From Lentisphaeria bacterium (GTDB lineage: Bacteria > Verrucomicrobiota > Lentisphaeria > JABSQK01 > JAWLHB01): DNA of 64,000 bases. The stretch spans positions 1 to 64,000 of the forward strand of contig JAWLHB010000043.1 of assembly GCA_041690595.1 (NCBI GenBank), read 5' to 3'. Positions within the stretch are counted from its first letter, which is position 1; each line of letters opens with the position of its first letter. The translations under genes were made by a program, and so were the position numbers. A model generated the notes under the pieces. It did not search any database and was not told where the DNA came from. It was given only the letters and a program-made list of their open reading frames with translations. Shown here in pieces: positions 17,939 to 28,719 of this stretch.

Positions 17939-19911
17939 CGGTAAAACGCGAAGCTGAATGGGTTTGGCAGGGCGAATTCCGCTGCACCGTTTTCATCAAC
18001 GGAGACGGTGCAGCTTTCGCCATCACCCGCCAGAAGGGTGCACTCCATGGCAGGCGTGGGCGCCTCCCAGAGCTTCAGACGCGCGCGCGGCCGCTGGTTC
18101 CATTCCCGCAGGATCAGCAGGTAGCCATGGTCGCCGTCGCAAGATTGGAAGCCGGACCAGCCGGTACCGGAAGGTTCCTCGCCGATGGGGAAGATGCGTC
18201 CGGCGTGGACCGCCGCAAGGTGGTCGCGACAGGTGCGAATCAAGGGGGCGATGGCAAAGGCATCCCGCGGCAGCCCCTGCGCCTCGAACCATCCCAGTGG
18301 TTGTGCCATCATGGTGATGGCAAAGGCATAAGCAAAGGGGACATTGGCGGGGCGCAGAGGATCGTCGGCAGCATACTTGTGCTCATTGCGCCAGAGATTG
18401 AGGAATTCGACCTGGAGAGACTGCGGCGGCACGTACCGGGAAAGCTGCCACAGGTTTCGCAGCGTCCAGTGCGGGTAGTAGTTGCCCCAATCGGTGTAGC
18501 GATTCTCCAGGAAGAGGTTGCCGTATTCTGCCCCGAGGTGATAGCCCCATCGTCGGCCGGCCGTCACGTCGAGGTTGAAGACAACCTCACCAGCGGTGGC
18601 CGCGTGTACCGCTTCCAGAAAGGCGCGGAAATTGCGGTGCGCCCGGTGATCGGGCATGACGACGCCATCGATCTTGAAGGTTCGCGTGCCGTGCCGGCGA
18701 TGCAACGCGATCAACGTGTCGGCATCATCCCGCCAATGGGCATAGCCGTCGTCCTTGCTTGGATTGAACCATAGGCAGAGTTCTATTCCCAATTCACGGG
18801 CGCGGTCGACGACCGGCTGCAAGCCGTTGGGGAATCGTTCCGGGTGCGGGTGCCAGTAATCGGGCTGCTGCCAAATACCGTCGAGCGATCCGCCGCGAAA
18901 GGCCGAGTTGCTGGACTGCCCCTTCTGCCAGCCATCATCCAGCTGCAGATGGGTGGCTCCCAGCCGCTTGCAGGCATCGAGTTCAGCCAGGGCAAACGCT
19001 TCCCTGATGCGCGAATCCTGTCCTCTGTCTCCCCACGTGTTGACGAGAATCATCTGATCACGATCGGGCCTCATGAGTCGTCGCCGGTGCTGATACTCGC
19101 GCAGCTCGTTCAGCCCTCCCACACCCGTGACCAGGCCGTAGCCCTGCCGCCATTCATCAGGAGAGAGATCCTCGGGATCCAGGCCGATCCCCACCGGCAC
19201 AATATTTCCGCGCTGCACGACGAAGTCGGCGCCGGGCCATGCCAGCTGCACATCGGAACAGGGCGCCTCCTTGACCAGGAAGAGCCCATCGTCCGCCAGC
19301 ACATCGCGGATCAGCAGGAGATTGCCGACCAGATGCACCGGCTCCCTGTATGGCAGGATCGACTCCCGCTGCACCAGGTTGTTACGCAAATCGGTGATAT
19401 CGAAGAAGCGTACGGCTTCAACCTCCAGATGATGACGCCGAAGCAGGCGCAAGCGCTCTACGTGAGGGCCGGGCAGCTCATGGCGAAAGGCGCTCTTCAG
19501 CCGCTCGATGTTTCCCTTGTCCCCTGCCTCCTGGCCGACATTGCGCCATGGGAGTACAGCCGTTCCCTTCAGCCACACTTCACCGGCAATGGCCGGACAA
19601 TCCGCATAGAGACGAAAGAGCCGGCGGATCTGGATGGTGGGATAGCGGCAGGTGACGGTGACTTCCAGATGAGCCCAGGTGGATGCCCCTTCCGCCACGT
19701 CACGGCGGCTTATCGTCAGCTCGGCGCCGGTCTGCTCGACACCGGGCAGCCCGACATCCAGTGCCTGATCGTCGAGGCTCCAGGTAGTGTTGCGGCGATG
19801 ATCGCGGATCGAGCATGCATGCAGGCCGCCTCCGTCAAGACGAAAGCGTCGTTCGATCCTGCCGGTATCGAGCACCAGCTCGTCATCGGTCCATACAGCA
19901 GTGGGGGGCAT
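17932..19911 (-). CDS. Alpha-galactosidase-like glycoside hydrolase (GH36/clan GH-D)
   Basis: NTWG, QLDDGWQ, ERFPNGL, LCLWFNP and FKIDG motifs. Confidence 0.8.
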   Translation of the reverse strand: MPPTAVWTDDELVLDTGRIERRFRLDGGGLHACSIRDHRRNTTWSLDDQALDVGLPGVEQTGAELTISRRDVAEGASTWAHLEVTVTCRYPTIQIRRLFRLYADCPAIAGEVWLKGTAVLPWRNVGQEAGDKGNIERLKSAFRHELPGPHVERLRLLRRHHLEVEAVRFFDITDLRNNLVQRESILPYREPVHLVGNLLLIRDVLADDGLFLVKEAPCSDVQLAWPGADFVVQRGNIVPVGIGLDPEDLSPDEWRQGYGLVTGVGGLNELREYQHRRRLMRPDRDQMILVNTWGDRGQDSRIREAFALAELDACKRLGATHLQLDDGWQKGQSSNSAFRGGSLDGIWQQPDYWHPHPERFPNGLQPVVDRARELGIELCLWFNPSKDDGYAHWRDDADTLIALHRRHGTRTFKIDGVVMPDHRAHRNFRAFLEAVHAATAGEVVFNLDVTAGRRWGYHLGAEYGNLFLENRYTDWGNYYPHWTLRNLWQLSRYVPPQSLQVEFLNLWRNEHKYAADDPLRPANVPFAYAFAITMMAQPLGWFEAQGLPRDAFAIAPLIRTCRDHLAAVHAGRIFPIGEEPSGTGWSGFQSCDGDHGYLLILREWNQRPRARLKLWEAPTPAMECTLLAGDGESCTVSVDENGAAEFALPNPFSFAFYRY

Positions 19912-20024
19912 CGGCTATTCCTCTGGTTTTGATCGTGGAGGGGCACTATAGCGCCCGTCACCACGACATCAAGCACGGCAGCGCCAGGAAACCAGACGCA
20001 CTTTGGTAATTGCCATTTCAGCCC

Positions 20025-20053
20025 TTGCACACCGAGCCGCGGCTCTCTATGTT
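20025..20053 (+). promoter_or_regulatory. Putative sigma70 promoter
   Basis: TTGCAC-N17-TATGTT before the dGTPase gene. Confidence 0.4.
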
Positions 20054-20083
20054 GAGCTCCACACCAACAGCCGGGGGAGCCCA

Positions 20084-21232
20084 ATGGCCTTGTACGATCG
20101 TCTGAAACAGCTGGAGCTGGAGTCGAGTGCCCTTGCTCCCTATGCACTCAGCTCCGCCAAGAGCCGTGGGCGGCGTCACGCCGTGCCGCCTCATCCCTTG
20201 CGCACGGAGTTTCAGCGCGACCGTGACCGGGTCATTCACTGCCGCGCCTTCCGTCGGCTTGAATACAAGACGCAGGTCTTTGTGGCAGGTACCGCCGACG
20301 ATCATTTTCGCACCCGCCTGACGCATACGATCGAGGTGGCTGGCATAGCGAGGACCATCGCCAGGGTGCTTGGCCTCAATGAAGATCTCGCGGAAACGAT
20401 CGCCCTCGCCCATGACCTGGGGCATACCCCCTTCGGTCACTGCGGTGAACGCGAGCTGAACCGCCTGCTCAGCGACCATGGGGGGTTCGATCACAACCTG
20501 CAGGCTCTCAGGGTGGTTGATGAGCTGGAAGAGAAGTACCCGGGCATTCCGGGACTCAACCTCACCTGGGAGACGCGCTCGGGGCTGTTCAAGCATCGAC
20601 ACGAGGGGCAGCTCCTCGATGGAGAGCCATTGCCACCCCGCCCGAGCCTCGAAGCGCAGGTCGCCGATGTCGCCGACGACGCCACCTATCTCAGCCACGA
20701 TATCGACGACGGGATCAATGCCGGCTTGATCGACGAGAGCGATCTGGGCTCGCTGGAGATCTGGCAACAGGCTCATCGGCGTCTGGCGGAGAGCGGCATC
20801 GTCCCGGGTCATCCCACCTATTACCCCATCATGGTGCGCAACCTGATCGACCTCCTTGTGGCCAACATCATTCATTCAAGTCGCGAGTGCATCGAGGCAG
20901 CAGGTCTTTCCGATCCGATCGCTGCCCAGCATTGGCCGCAGCAACTGGTGAACTTCAGCGACGACTGCCTGCGGAATTGCCAGGAGCTGCGCAAGTTCCT
21001 TTATGAAAAGGTCTACTGGCATCCGAAGGTGGATACGGACAATCGGGTTGCGGTCGAGTGGATGCGGCAGCTTTATCACTTTCTGCTTGCTCATCCCGAG
21101 GAACTTGGCCGTAAAGCCAGAAGGCGCCTGGAATGTACAGGTCTGCCTATCGCCGTTGCCGACCACATCGCCGGCATGACGGACCGCTATGCCTTGCTGG
21201 AGTGCCAGCGCCTCGTTGGCGCGGGCAAGTGA
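20084..21232 (+). CDS. dgt: Deoxyguanosinetriphosphate triphosphohydrolase (HD family)
   Basis: RTEFQRDRDR, FRRLEYKTQV, RTRLTH, AHDLGHTPFGH and IAGMTDRYA. Confidence 0.93.
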   Translation: MALYDRLKQLELESSALAPYALSSAKSRGRRHAVPPHPLRTEFQRDRDRVIHCRAFRRLEYKTQVFVAGTADDHFRTRLTHTIEVAGIARTIARVLGLNEDLAETIALAHDLGHTPFGHCGERELNRLLSDHGGFDHNLQALRVVDELEEKYPGIPGLNLTWETRSGLFKHRHEGQLLDGEPLPPRPSLEAQVADVADDATYLSHDIDDGINAGLIDESDLGSLEIWQQAHRRLAESGIVPGHPTYYPIMVRNLIDLLVANIIHSSRECIEAAGLSDPIAAQHWPQQLVNFSDDCLRNCQELRKFLYEKVYWHPKVDTDNRVAVEWMRQLYHFLLAHPEELGRKARRRLECTGLPIAVADHIAGMTDRYALLECQRLVGAGK

Positions 21233-21308
21233 CACGTGAAGCGCGGCATGCCGCCGACGCCGCTCAGGCGAGCGACGCCGGCAACGTCACGCGGAGAGGC
21301 GAAACCGA

Positions 21309-21917
21309 TCAGCGGGTGACGCGGAAGGTTCCGTTCTGTTCCGCAGTACCGCTGGGGCTTGTCATCGTCATGTTGACGGTGTAGGTCCCAGGTTCGGCAC
21401 TATCCGGCAGGCGGATAGGGACCGTGCTCGCATAGGTGCCAGGAGTCCGCACAACCTCGACACTGGTGTTCGCGACGCGGGCGCCGTTGAAGGTAATGTC
21501 GATGCGCTCTACGACGTCGAGACGTTCATCGTCATTCGGCGCCAGCACGGCATAGCGGCTGGTGATTTCCATCGTGCCGCCGGCGCGAACGGAATCCGGC
21601 TGAATCGTCAGACTGACCGGTTCGAGGCGCCTGCCAGTAGCCGGATCATAGCCGAATGCTTCTTTCGTCTCGTCCGCATCACGTTCTTTCCGATCCATGT
21701 ACTGCCCAACGGCTCCGCCGGCAAGGGCGCCGAGGACCGCGCCCACAACGGCTCCCTTGGTACCTTGGGTGGCCGCGCCGATAACACCGCCTGCCGCGGC
21801 GCCGACGGCCGCGCCCTGCGTGGTCCGGGGATTGTCTTCCGTATATTGGCAGCCTTGCAGCACCATGCCCGCGGCAATCGCGCAGACACCTATGATCAGG
21901 ATCGCTTTCTGTTTCAT
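21309..21917 (-). CDS. Glycine-zipper lipoprotein
   Basis: Lipobox LQGC; GAAVGAAAGGVIG...GALAGGAVG; C-terminal beta domain. Confidence 0.85.
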   Translation of the reverse strand: MKQKAILIIGVCAIAAGMVLQGCQYTEDNPRTTQGAAVGAAAGGVIGAATQGTKGAVVGAVLGALAGGAVGQYMDRKERDADETKEAFGYDPATGRRLEPVSLTIQPDSVRAGGTMEITSRYAVLAPNDDERLDVVERIDITFNGARVANTSVEVVRTPGTYASTVPIRLPDSAEPGTYTVNMTMTSPSGTAEQNGTFRVTR

Positions 21918-22107
21918 CCGTTCGCTCCATTTGATGTCGTGAATGAAGACGACACGCAATACGCGCCGCCCAGTCCCTCCATCTACTACCATATCAGACG
22001 TACATAGCCGGGTACAACCGACCATCGTTCCAGCCAAGCATTGCATCACCGGCACAGGCAACTATCTTTCAAGGTCGACAACCCCAGACCACAGGAGCTT
22101 TTCTTTC

Positions 22108-24279
22108 ATGCGGCGTTCTGCATTTTTCTTCTTCCTTATTGTGACTGGAACGATTCTTGGCGCACCGCCACTGCCGCCAATCGAAGTGGGCACTCCCCGC
22201 GCCACCATGCGGACCTTTCTTGGCGCCATGAACGACTACCGTGCCGGCGTAGCGAACGACGATCCCCAGTTGCGCGCCCGTCTGGACGACGCCTTACTGT
22301 GCATGGACCTGTCCGCGCTCGAAGCAGCCAACCGAGAGGCTGCCGGTCGCGAAGCCGCGATGCTGCTCAAGGAGACCATCGACCGCATCTTTTCGCTGAA
22401 CCTGCAGGAAATCCCCAACAGTGCCGAGCTTCATCGCTGGCAGGTGAACGACACCGCTATCGCGCTGGTCAGGCAGGATAGTGGAGAGCAGCGCGGTGAC
22501 TATCTCTTTTCATCCAGCACTGTCGCCCGGGCCAGGACGCTCTACGAGCGAGTGCGGAATCTTCCCTACCAGGCTGGCGGCACCGGTGCGCACTATGAGG
22601 AGATGAAGAGCCGAACCCAGCCAGGCACGACGCTGCTGGCCCCCATTCAGACCGAGACGCCGCGGGAAACCATGCGGACCTTTCTGCGCGCCATGAACGA
22701 TTACGTGCAGGGAGTCAAGAGTGACGATCCGAAGCTGCGCAACAGGATGAAGGACGCCGTGCAGTGCCTGAATCTGACGGATATCAGTCCCCTTCTGAGA
22801 GATGAGAAGGGCGAGGAATCCGCGGTGCTCTTGAAGGAGGTCATCGACCGGGTAATCTATGTCGACTACAGCAAGATTCCGGATACGCAGGACGATCCCG
22901 CCTGGCGCCTGAAGGGGACGAGCATCCGCATCTCCCAGGTGCAGGAGGGGGAACGCAAAGGGGAGTACCTCTTCTCGGCGGACACGGTCGCCAACATCAA
23001 GAATTACTATGAGATCGTCAAGGATCAGGATTACATTTCAGGGGGAAAGGGGGCGCTCTACCGGGAACCGTGGCTGGAAGCCAATGTACCGGCATGGGCT
23101 CGATCCAAAACACTGGAGGTTGCCAACTGGCAGTGGATCGGGCTCTTCCTGGCCATCCTCATCGGCCTGATCATCCGCACGATCACGGCCTGGCTGGTGC
23201 TCTTCGCGAAGAAGCTTGCCGACAAGTCACGCACAAAGTGGGATGATCGCATTGTCATGGCGATCGACAGACCGATCGCCCTGTTGAGCGCCAGCTTCTT
23301 CTGGTTTGTGGCGGTCTACGCGCTTCGCTTCAGCGGTAATGCCCAGAAGATCCTGCTGATCGCGGTGCAAGTTATCTTCAGCCTTGCCCTCATCTGGCTC
23401 CTCTTCAAGCTGGCGGATCTTTTCACGGAGTACCTGAAAAGCCTGACTGACCGGACGGAATCCACGCTTGACGATCATCTCGTGCCGTTGCTCAAACGGG
23501 CGCTACGGATCTTTGTGATTGTCTTCGGCATCCTGGTAACGGTTCAGAATCTGGGCGTGAACATACTCTCGCTCCTGGCGGGCCTGGGCCTTGGCGGCCT
23601 TGCCTTTGCGCTGGCCGCCAAGGACATGTGCGCCAACTTCTTCGGCTCACTGATGATCTTTCTGGATCGTCCTTTCCAGATCGGCGACTGGGTGGTTGCC
23701 GGCGGAACGGAAGGAACGGTCGAGGAGATCGGCTTTCGCTCTACGCGAATCCGCACCTTCTACAACTCGCTCATCTCCGTTCCCAACTCGGTTCTGGCCA
23801 ATGCCAACATCGATAATATGGGCCGCCGCGAGTACCGTCGCATCAAGGCCCACTTCGGCGTCACCTACGATACGCCCCCCGAACGGCTGGAAGCCTTCAT
23901 CGAAGGGATCAAGAATATCGTCAAGGCGAATCCTTTCACGCGAAAGGACTACTTCCATGTGGTCTTCAACAGCTATGGAGACTTCTCGTTGGAAGTGATG
24001 CTATATTGTTTTCTGAAAGTACCCGACTGGTCGACCGAGTTGGTGGAGCGGCAGAACATCTATCTGGAGATTCATCGCCTGGCCCATGAGTTGAACGTGG
24101 AGTTTGCCTTCCCGACTCAAACCCTTCACATGGAAACCTTTCCAGAGAAAAAGCCCGTTCGCGGCACTGCCCCTGTCGATCGCGAACAACTCGCCACGAC
24201 GGCCGCCGAATTCGGCGGCGACGGCCGCCTCGCGCGCCCGGGTGGCCTCGGGCTCTTCACACCACCATACAAGGAGTGA
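22108..24279 (+). CDS. MscS-family mechanosensitive channel with duplicated periplasmic domain
   Basis: LAGLGLGGLAFALAAKD, DRPFQIGDWV, GTVEEIGFRSTRIRT and FAFPTQT. Confidence 0.93.
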   Translation: MRRSAFFFFLIVTGTILGAPPLPPIEVGTPRATMRTFLGAMNDYRAGVANDDPQLRARLDDALLCMDLSALEAANREAAGREAAMLLKETIDRIFSLNLQEIPNSAELHRWQVNDTAIALVRQDSGEQRGDYLFSSSTVARARTLYERVRNLPYQAGGTGAHYEEMKSRTQPGTTLLAPIQTETPRETMRTFLRAMNDYVQGVKSDDPKLRNRMKDAVQCLNLTDISPLLRDEKGEESAVLLKEVIDRVIYVDYSKIPDTQDDPAWRLKGTSIRISQVQEGERKGEYLFSADTVANIKNYYEIVKDQDYISGGKGALYREPWLEANVPAWARSKTLEVANWQWIGLFLAILIGLIIRTITAWLVLFAKKLADKSRTKWDDRIVMAIDRPIALLSASFFWFVAVYALRFSGNAQKILLIAVQVIFSLALIWLLFKLADLFTEYLKSLTDRTESTLDDHLVPLLKRALRIFVIVFGILVTVQNLGVNILSLLAGLGLGGLAFALAAKDMCANFFGSLMIFLDRPFQIGDWVVAGGTEGTVEEIGFRSTRIRTFYNSLISVPNSVLANANIDNMGRREYRRIKAHFGVTYDTPPERLEAFIEGIKNIVKANPFTRKDYFHVVFNSYGDFSLEVMLYCFLKVPDWSTELVERQNIYLEIHRLAHELNVEFAFPTQTLHMETFPEKKPVRGTAPVDREQLATTAAEFGGDGRLARPGGLGLFTPPYKE

Positions 24280-24770
24280 TCATGATTGCCACCCGATCTC
24301 GCACCTGCTTCTTCCGGCGCCCTGCCCTCTTCTTCGGCATGGTCGTCACGATGGCCATGCTGCTGATCAGCGGCTGTGCGAGCCTGGAGAAGCGGATCGA
24401 GCGTAATGCGGACTACTTCGCGACACTTCCACCCGAGCGCCAGGCGCTGATATCGAGCGGGGAGATCGATGTCGGCTTCAGCAAGCAGGATGTTTACCTG
24501 GCATTGGGTGAAGCGGATGTGAAATACACGCGCAGAACCAGCGCCGGTGAAAGCGAAGTATGGAGCTACCGAGAGTACGAAACCGCTCCACCCTACTTCC
24601 ATGATGACTGGGCCTGGCATGGGGGGCTGCACCACGGCCCGCATCCGTATCGCGGCTATCCTTTTGCCTATCGGCACAGCTGGTACGATCGTCCCCGTTA
24701 TGCCCGTGACGTCATGAGGGTTGTCTTCGAGAACGGGCAGGTGAGTGCGATCGAACGGGAAGTCGATTAG
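24276..24770 (+). CDS. Hypothetical lipoprotein (SmpA/OmlA-like)
   Basis: Lipobox ISGC; VGFSKQDVYLALG, EVWSY and VVFENGQV. Confidence 0.7.
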   Translation: MIMIATRSRTCFFRRPALFFGMVVTMAMLLISGCASLEKRIERNADYFATLPPERQALISSGEIDVGFSKQDVYLALGEADVKYTRRTSAGESEVWSYREYETAPPYFHDDWAWHGGLHHGPHPYRGYPFAYRHSWYDRPRYARDVMRVVFENGQVSAIEREVD

Positions 24771-24780
24771 GTCAGCGCGT

Positions 24781-25677
24781 TCAGGCCAGGAGTCGCTCCG
24801 CGTTGCCGTGGAAGATCTTCGCCAGTACGTCCATGGGCAGTTCCAGCGACAGCAGGAACTCCTTGTGGCCGTTGTCGAAATAATCTCGGCCGAAGAGAAT
24901 GCGATCCTGAAACTCCAGAATGAAGTCACGGCCGAACTCACGGTCACGCGATAACGCTTTCCGACCGCTGCCGGCGGAAATGTCGCAGTAGAGATTGGGG
25001 TAGGCGCGGAGCAGTTCCGGGAGCTTGCCACCGGGGGTGACGGGGCCATCCGGATACGGCACCTTGTCGTACTGATCGTCACCGGAAATATGGGCCCAGA
25101 AGCCGGGAGCATGGCCCAGAAAGCTGGTCTCTGGACACGCGGCAACCGCACGCTCGAAGGCAGCGATGCCGCCACCGTACCAGTAGTTCGGCCGTGGGTA
25201 CCTGGTCTCCGCATCGAACTCGTAGTCGATATGGACCGTGACCGGCAGTTTCAACTCACCACAGACGCGCCACATGCGCAGCGCGTCGGGATTGTCGTAC
25301 ATCATGCGCAGCTTGACCTCGCCACAAACTTTGACGCCATAGATGGTGACCGCCGCGCGCAAAGCGTCGATGGCATCCGGACGGCGCGGATCGGGGGCAT
25401 AGCCCAGGACGAAGCGATCCGGATGTTTCTCCACGTAGCTCAATCCACGGCAGAAGGGGATCGGCCCGCGATCGGCGGCAAGGCCAAGCGGGCGCCCCGG
25501 CGTCAGACAGTCATAGTGCGGGTGATACTCGTTGTCTGGAGCTTCCCAGCTCAGCATCCACGTGCGGGCGATCCCATGGTCGTCCATGTTGGCCAGAATG
25601 CGGTTGATGTCATGTCCATGCCAATCGGCGTGGTTATGACAGTCGATAATCTTGCCATCGAAGGGTGATTTGCTCAT
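24781..25677 (-). CDS. Amidohydrolase family protein
   Basis: IIDCHNH, GEVK, LGHA and ILFGRD. Confidence 0.85.
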   Translation of the reverse strand: MSKSPFDGKIIDCHNHADWHGHDINRILANMDDHGIARTWMLSWEAPDNEYHPHYDCLTPGRPLGLAADRGPIPFCRGLSYVEKHPDRFVLGYAPDPRRPDAIDALRAAVTIYGVKVCGEVKLRMMYDNPDALRMWRVCGELKLPVTVHIDYEFDAETRYPRPNYWYGGGIAAFERAVAACPETSFLGHAPGFWAHISGDDQYDKVPYPDGPVTPGGKLPELLRAYPNLYCDISAGSGRKALSRDREFGRDFILEFQDRILFGRDYFDNGHKEFLLSLELPMDVLAKIFHGNAERLLA

Positions 25678-25694
25678 TCCGGCCTCCCGTGGTC

Positions 25695-26921
25695 TTAACC
25701 CAGTTGCATCAGTTCTTCTTTGGGCAGCAGCTCGGCGATTTCCACCGTGCGGCCCTCACGGCGCGAACGTTCGGCGGCATCGGCGATGACGACGCTGAGG
25801 GTACCTTCGCGGACGGAGGCGCATGGAGCGGCCCCGGAACGCAGGTTGTTCACAAAGCTCTCGACCATCATCGGATCGGCGCCGCCATGGCCACCTTCAG
25901 GGCGTCCCAGCGTGTAGTCGATGCGATCCTGCGTCCATCGCGGATAGATGGAGACGGTAGAGGTTGAGAGATCTGCGTCCAGATGCCCCTTGTTGCCGAT
26001 GATGGTGAATCGGCGGGTCGACAGCGGGGTGAAGAAACACTCCCAGTGGGATGCGCGAATGCCGTTGTCGTATTCGACGATGGCGATGCCGTTGTCGTGG
26101 GTATCCTTCTCGGAGAGGAAGATGCAGGTATCCTTGTCGTAACCGTCAGCCTCGCGTGCCGCGCCGGTAAAGAGCGGATTGTCGCTGATATCCACACGAT
26201 CGGGGCACTTGTCAAAGACCTGGCATGCCTGACAGTATGGACCTGCCTTCTCGCCTGGCTTCAGCTCGAAGGGCAGCCCTTCCGGCGTCAGCACATTGAC
26301 TTGGGCAAAGGCGGATACGCGCACCGGCAGGCCACCACCAGAATACCAGTTGAGAAGGTCGAAATCGTGCGATCCCTTGTGGCAGAAGAGCCCGCCGCTC
26401 TTCTCGTAAAAGCGATTCCAGCGTCCCATATAGGTGCGGCCGCCATTGTAGTAGTCGCGATTGTCGATGACATGGACGCGTCCAATGGCGCCGGAGTCGA
26501 TCAGCTGCTTGATCTTCTTGCAGACGATCTCGTGGCGCAGGTTGAAGCCCATATCGACAATGCATCCGCTTTCGCGGACGGCGCGGGCAATGCGCAGACA
26601 GTCCGATGTGCGGGTGGAGAGCGGTTTGTCCACCAGGACATGCCTGCCCGCGTTGAGCGCCGCGAGCACATGTTCGCAGTGCATATAGTCAGGGGTGGTG
26701 ATGATGACGGCGTCCAGATCTGCCTTGGTCACCATCTCCTGTGCGGACGTGTACAAGTCGATGCTGCTGTCCTGGAGCATGTCGCGAGCGGCATTCAGTC
26801 GGACCGGGTTGAGGTCGGCGAGAGCGGCCACGCGGCAATCGTCGCGCTTCTGGAAGAGCATTCCAAAACAATGGATGCCGCGACTTCCGGTGCCAATGAT
26901 ACCAATATTCAGAGGGGGCAT
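25695..26921 (-). CDS. Gfo/Idh/MocA oxidoreductase
   Basis: IGIIGTGSRG, VLVDKP, HDFDLL and GGHGGAD. Confidence 0.9.
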   Translation of the reverse strand: MPPLNIGIIGTGSRGIHCFGMLFQKRDDCRVAALADLNPVRLNAARDMLQDSSIDLYTSAQEMVTKADLDAVIITTPDYMHCEHVLAALNAGRHVLVDKPLSTRTSDCLRIARAVRESGCIVDMGFNLRHEIVCKKIKQLIDSGAIGRVHVIDNRDYYNGGRTYMGRWNRFYEKSGGLFCHKGSHDFDLLNWYSGGGLPVRVSAFAQVNVLTPEGLPFELKPGEKAGPYCQACQVFDKCPDRVDISDNPLFTGAAREADGYDKDTCIFLSEKDTHDNGIAIVEYDNGIRASHWECFFTPLSTRRFTIIGNKGHLDADLSTSTVSIYPRWTQDRIDYTLGRPEGGHGGADPMMVESFVNNLRSGAAPCASVREGTLSVVIADAAERSRREGRTVEIAELLPKEELMQLG

Positions 26922-26930
26922 GAATTCTCC

Positions 26931-28121
26931 TTAGTTGCCGACTTGGCGGACGTTGACAAAGCTGCCAGTCTCGGCGGATTGTTTCGCGGCGAGACAGCTG
27001 TAGACGCTTTGCAGGCCGGTTTCGATTGGGGTACGTGAAATTTTGCTTCGTCCGGTCACCAGGTCGAGGTAATCGAGCGCCAGCTCGTCGTCACCCCCGA
27101 AGTGGCTGAGGCCTTCTCCAGCATCAATGGTGTCCGAGAAGGGTTCGTGGTGACGCACTCGGCGGATCTTGTTGGCATACCAGTCAAAGGTGACGGTGCC
27201 ATCATAGCCGCTGATGGATGCGCCACGGGTGTGGGCGTCCCGGCGGGAGATGAAGACCTGAGTATAGACGCCGTGCACGCCATTGGCGAACCGCAGCAGG
27301 GCGCTCGAGCAGTCCTCGTTCATGTTGGGCGGGGAGCCGATGTCTTCGCCGAAGACGCAGGGATGATCATGCACGACGCCGCCCGAACGGTGGCGGTGAC
27401 GATTTCCGGGACTTTCGGGACAGGTCGCCTTCTCATCGCACGCCGAACAAACAAGCCCGGCCGGTTTGGTGCCGCCAAATACGCGACCGTAGTTGGCCAT
27501 CGCCGCCACCTGGACGATGGGAGAGCCCACCAGGAACATCAGGTAATCGAGGTCGTGGGTGGCCTTCTGCAGAAAGAGGCCGCGCGTCATCTCGAAATTC
27601 CTGTACTCGTGGTCAAAATAGACGCTGCCGTACGAGACATAGTTGGAGGCCATGACATGCTCGATTCGCCCGACCGAGCCGGTTGTCAACAACTCATGCA
27701 CCTTGAGGCATAGCGGCGAAACGCGAAGCGGGAAGCTGACGACTACCGGACAGCGCGCTTTCTCGTAGGCTTTTTCCAGTGCTTCCGCCTGTTCCATCGT
27801 CACGGCTACCGGTTTCTCCAGATAAAGGGGGACATCGTACGCCGCCGCTTCGATGGCATACGGTGTATGGAGGTGACAGCGTGTGCCGATGAGCAGACCG
27901 TCAAGCTGCGCGTGTCGCATCATGGCTGCCAGGTCCGGATAGAAAACCGCGGTCTCCCGGTCCTGCTCGGCCAAACGCTTCCTTGCCCCTTCTTCGTTCG
28001 GATCGACAATGCCCACGACACGGATCTCTTCCCGGAGAGTCTCGGGTCCTGCCTGGCGCAGACAATTGTTGATCACGCCACTGATACGGCCGCCATGGCC
28101 CACCACCCCCAGTCGGATCAT
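26931..28121 (-). CDS. Gfo/Idh/MocA oxidoreductase
   Basis: LGVVGHGGR, LEKPVA, KATHDLD and HFGGD. Confidence 0.9.
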   Translation of the reverse strand: MIRLGVVGHGGRISGVINNCLRQAGPETLREEIRVVGIVDPNEEGARKRLAEQDRETAVFYPDLAAMMRHAQLDGLLIGTRCHLHTPYAIEAAAYDVPLYLEKPVAVTMEQAEALEKAYEKARCPVVVSFPLRVSPLCLKVHELLTTGSVGRIEHVMASNYVSYGSVYFDHEYRNFEMTRGLFLQKATHDLDYLMFLVGSPIVQVAAMANYGRVFGGTKPAGLVCSACDEKATCPESPGNRHRHRSGGVVHDHPCVFGEDIGSPPNMNEDCSSALLRFANGVHGVYTQVFISRRDAHTRGASISGYDGTVTFDWYANKIRRVRHHEPFSDTIDAGEGLSHFGGDDELALDYLDLVTGRSKISRTPIETGLQSVYSCLAAKQSAETGSFVNVRQVGN

Positions 28122-28277
28122 GCGGAACCCTCCTCGCGATTTCCCAAACTTGTTTGAGCAACGTAGCGCCTGGCCCCCCGAGGGTTGGCGCGAAAGATCA
28201 TGTAAGCTGCGCCGCAAAGGCAGTCTCGTCAAGCCGTTTCAGCAGGAAAGCCATCGCCGCGCGCCATGTCAGCAGGC

Positions 28278-28712
28278 TCAGAAGGCGTTGAACATGTACG
28301 GGTGGCGCAAGCGCAGGCGCTGGGCGAAATGCCGCATCAAGCGCTCGTCATCGCACAGGATGGAGACAATGCGACGGCGCAGGCGCAGACGCTGCCGCCA
28401 CTCCATGGGGGCGGTCTCCAGTTCTTCGAAAAGTACCTGAAGCTGGATGATGCGTTCCTGGAGAGAATCTGGCCCGCCGTTATCGTATCGCCCCAACTGG
28501 CGCTCGATCAGTGGAAAATTGAGCCATTGATTGCCGACGTGGCGAATGGCAAGGGCAACAGCAAGGCTTCCGCTCCCGAAGATGGCCGGGATGAGTTCCA
28601 AGCTGACGAGGGCACCAAAGGTGAGGAAGACGCCCGCGATGAAAGAGAAGATGGAGAAGATGTAACAGGCGCGCTCAAACATCTCGCGCGGGCTGTTGAT
28701 GTTGGTATACAC
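28278..28712 (-). CDS. Hypothetical membrane protein (2 TM plus helical tail)
   Basis: Starts 7 bp after the NfeD stop; two hydrophobic helices. Confidence 0.7.
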   Translation of the reverse strand: MYTNINSPREMFERACYIFSIFSFIAGVFLTFGALVSLELIPAIFGSGSLAVALAIRHVGNQWLNFPLIERQLGRYDNGGPDSLQERIIQLQVLFEELETAPMEWRQRLRLRRRIVSILCDDERLMRHFAQRLRLRHPYMFNAF

Positions 28713-28719
28713 GGCTCGA

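Noticed and set aside
20084..21232. dGTPase as anti-phage defence gene
   Set aside because: Short housekeeping-type protein with host-like composition and no defence or mobile neighbours.
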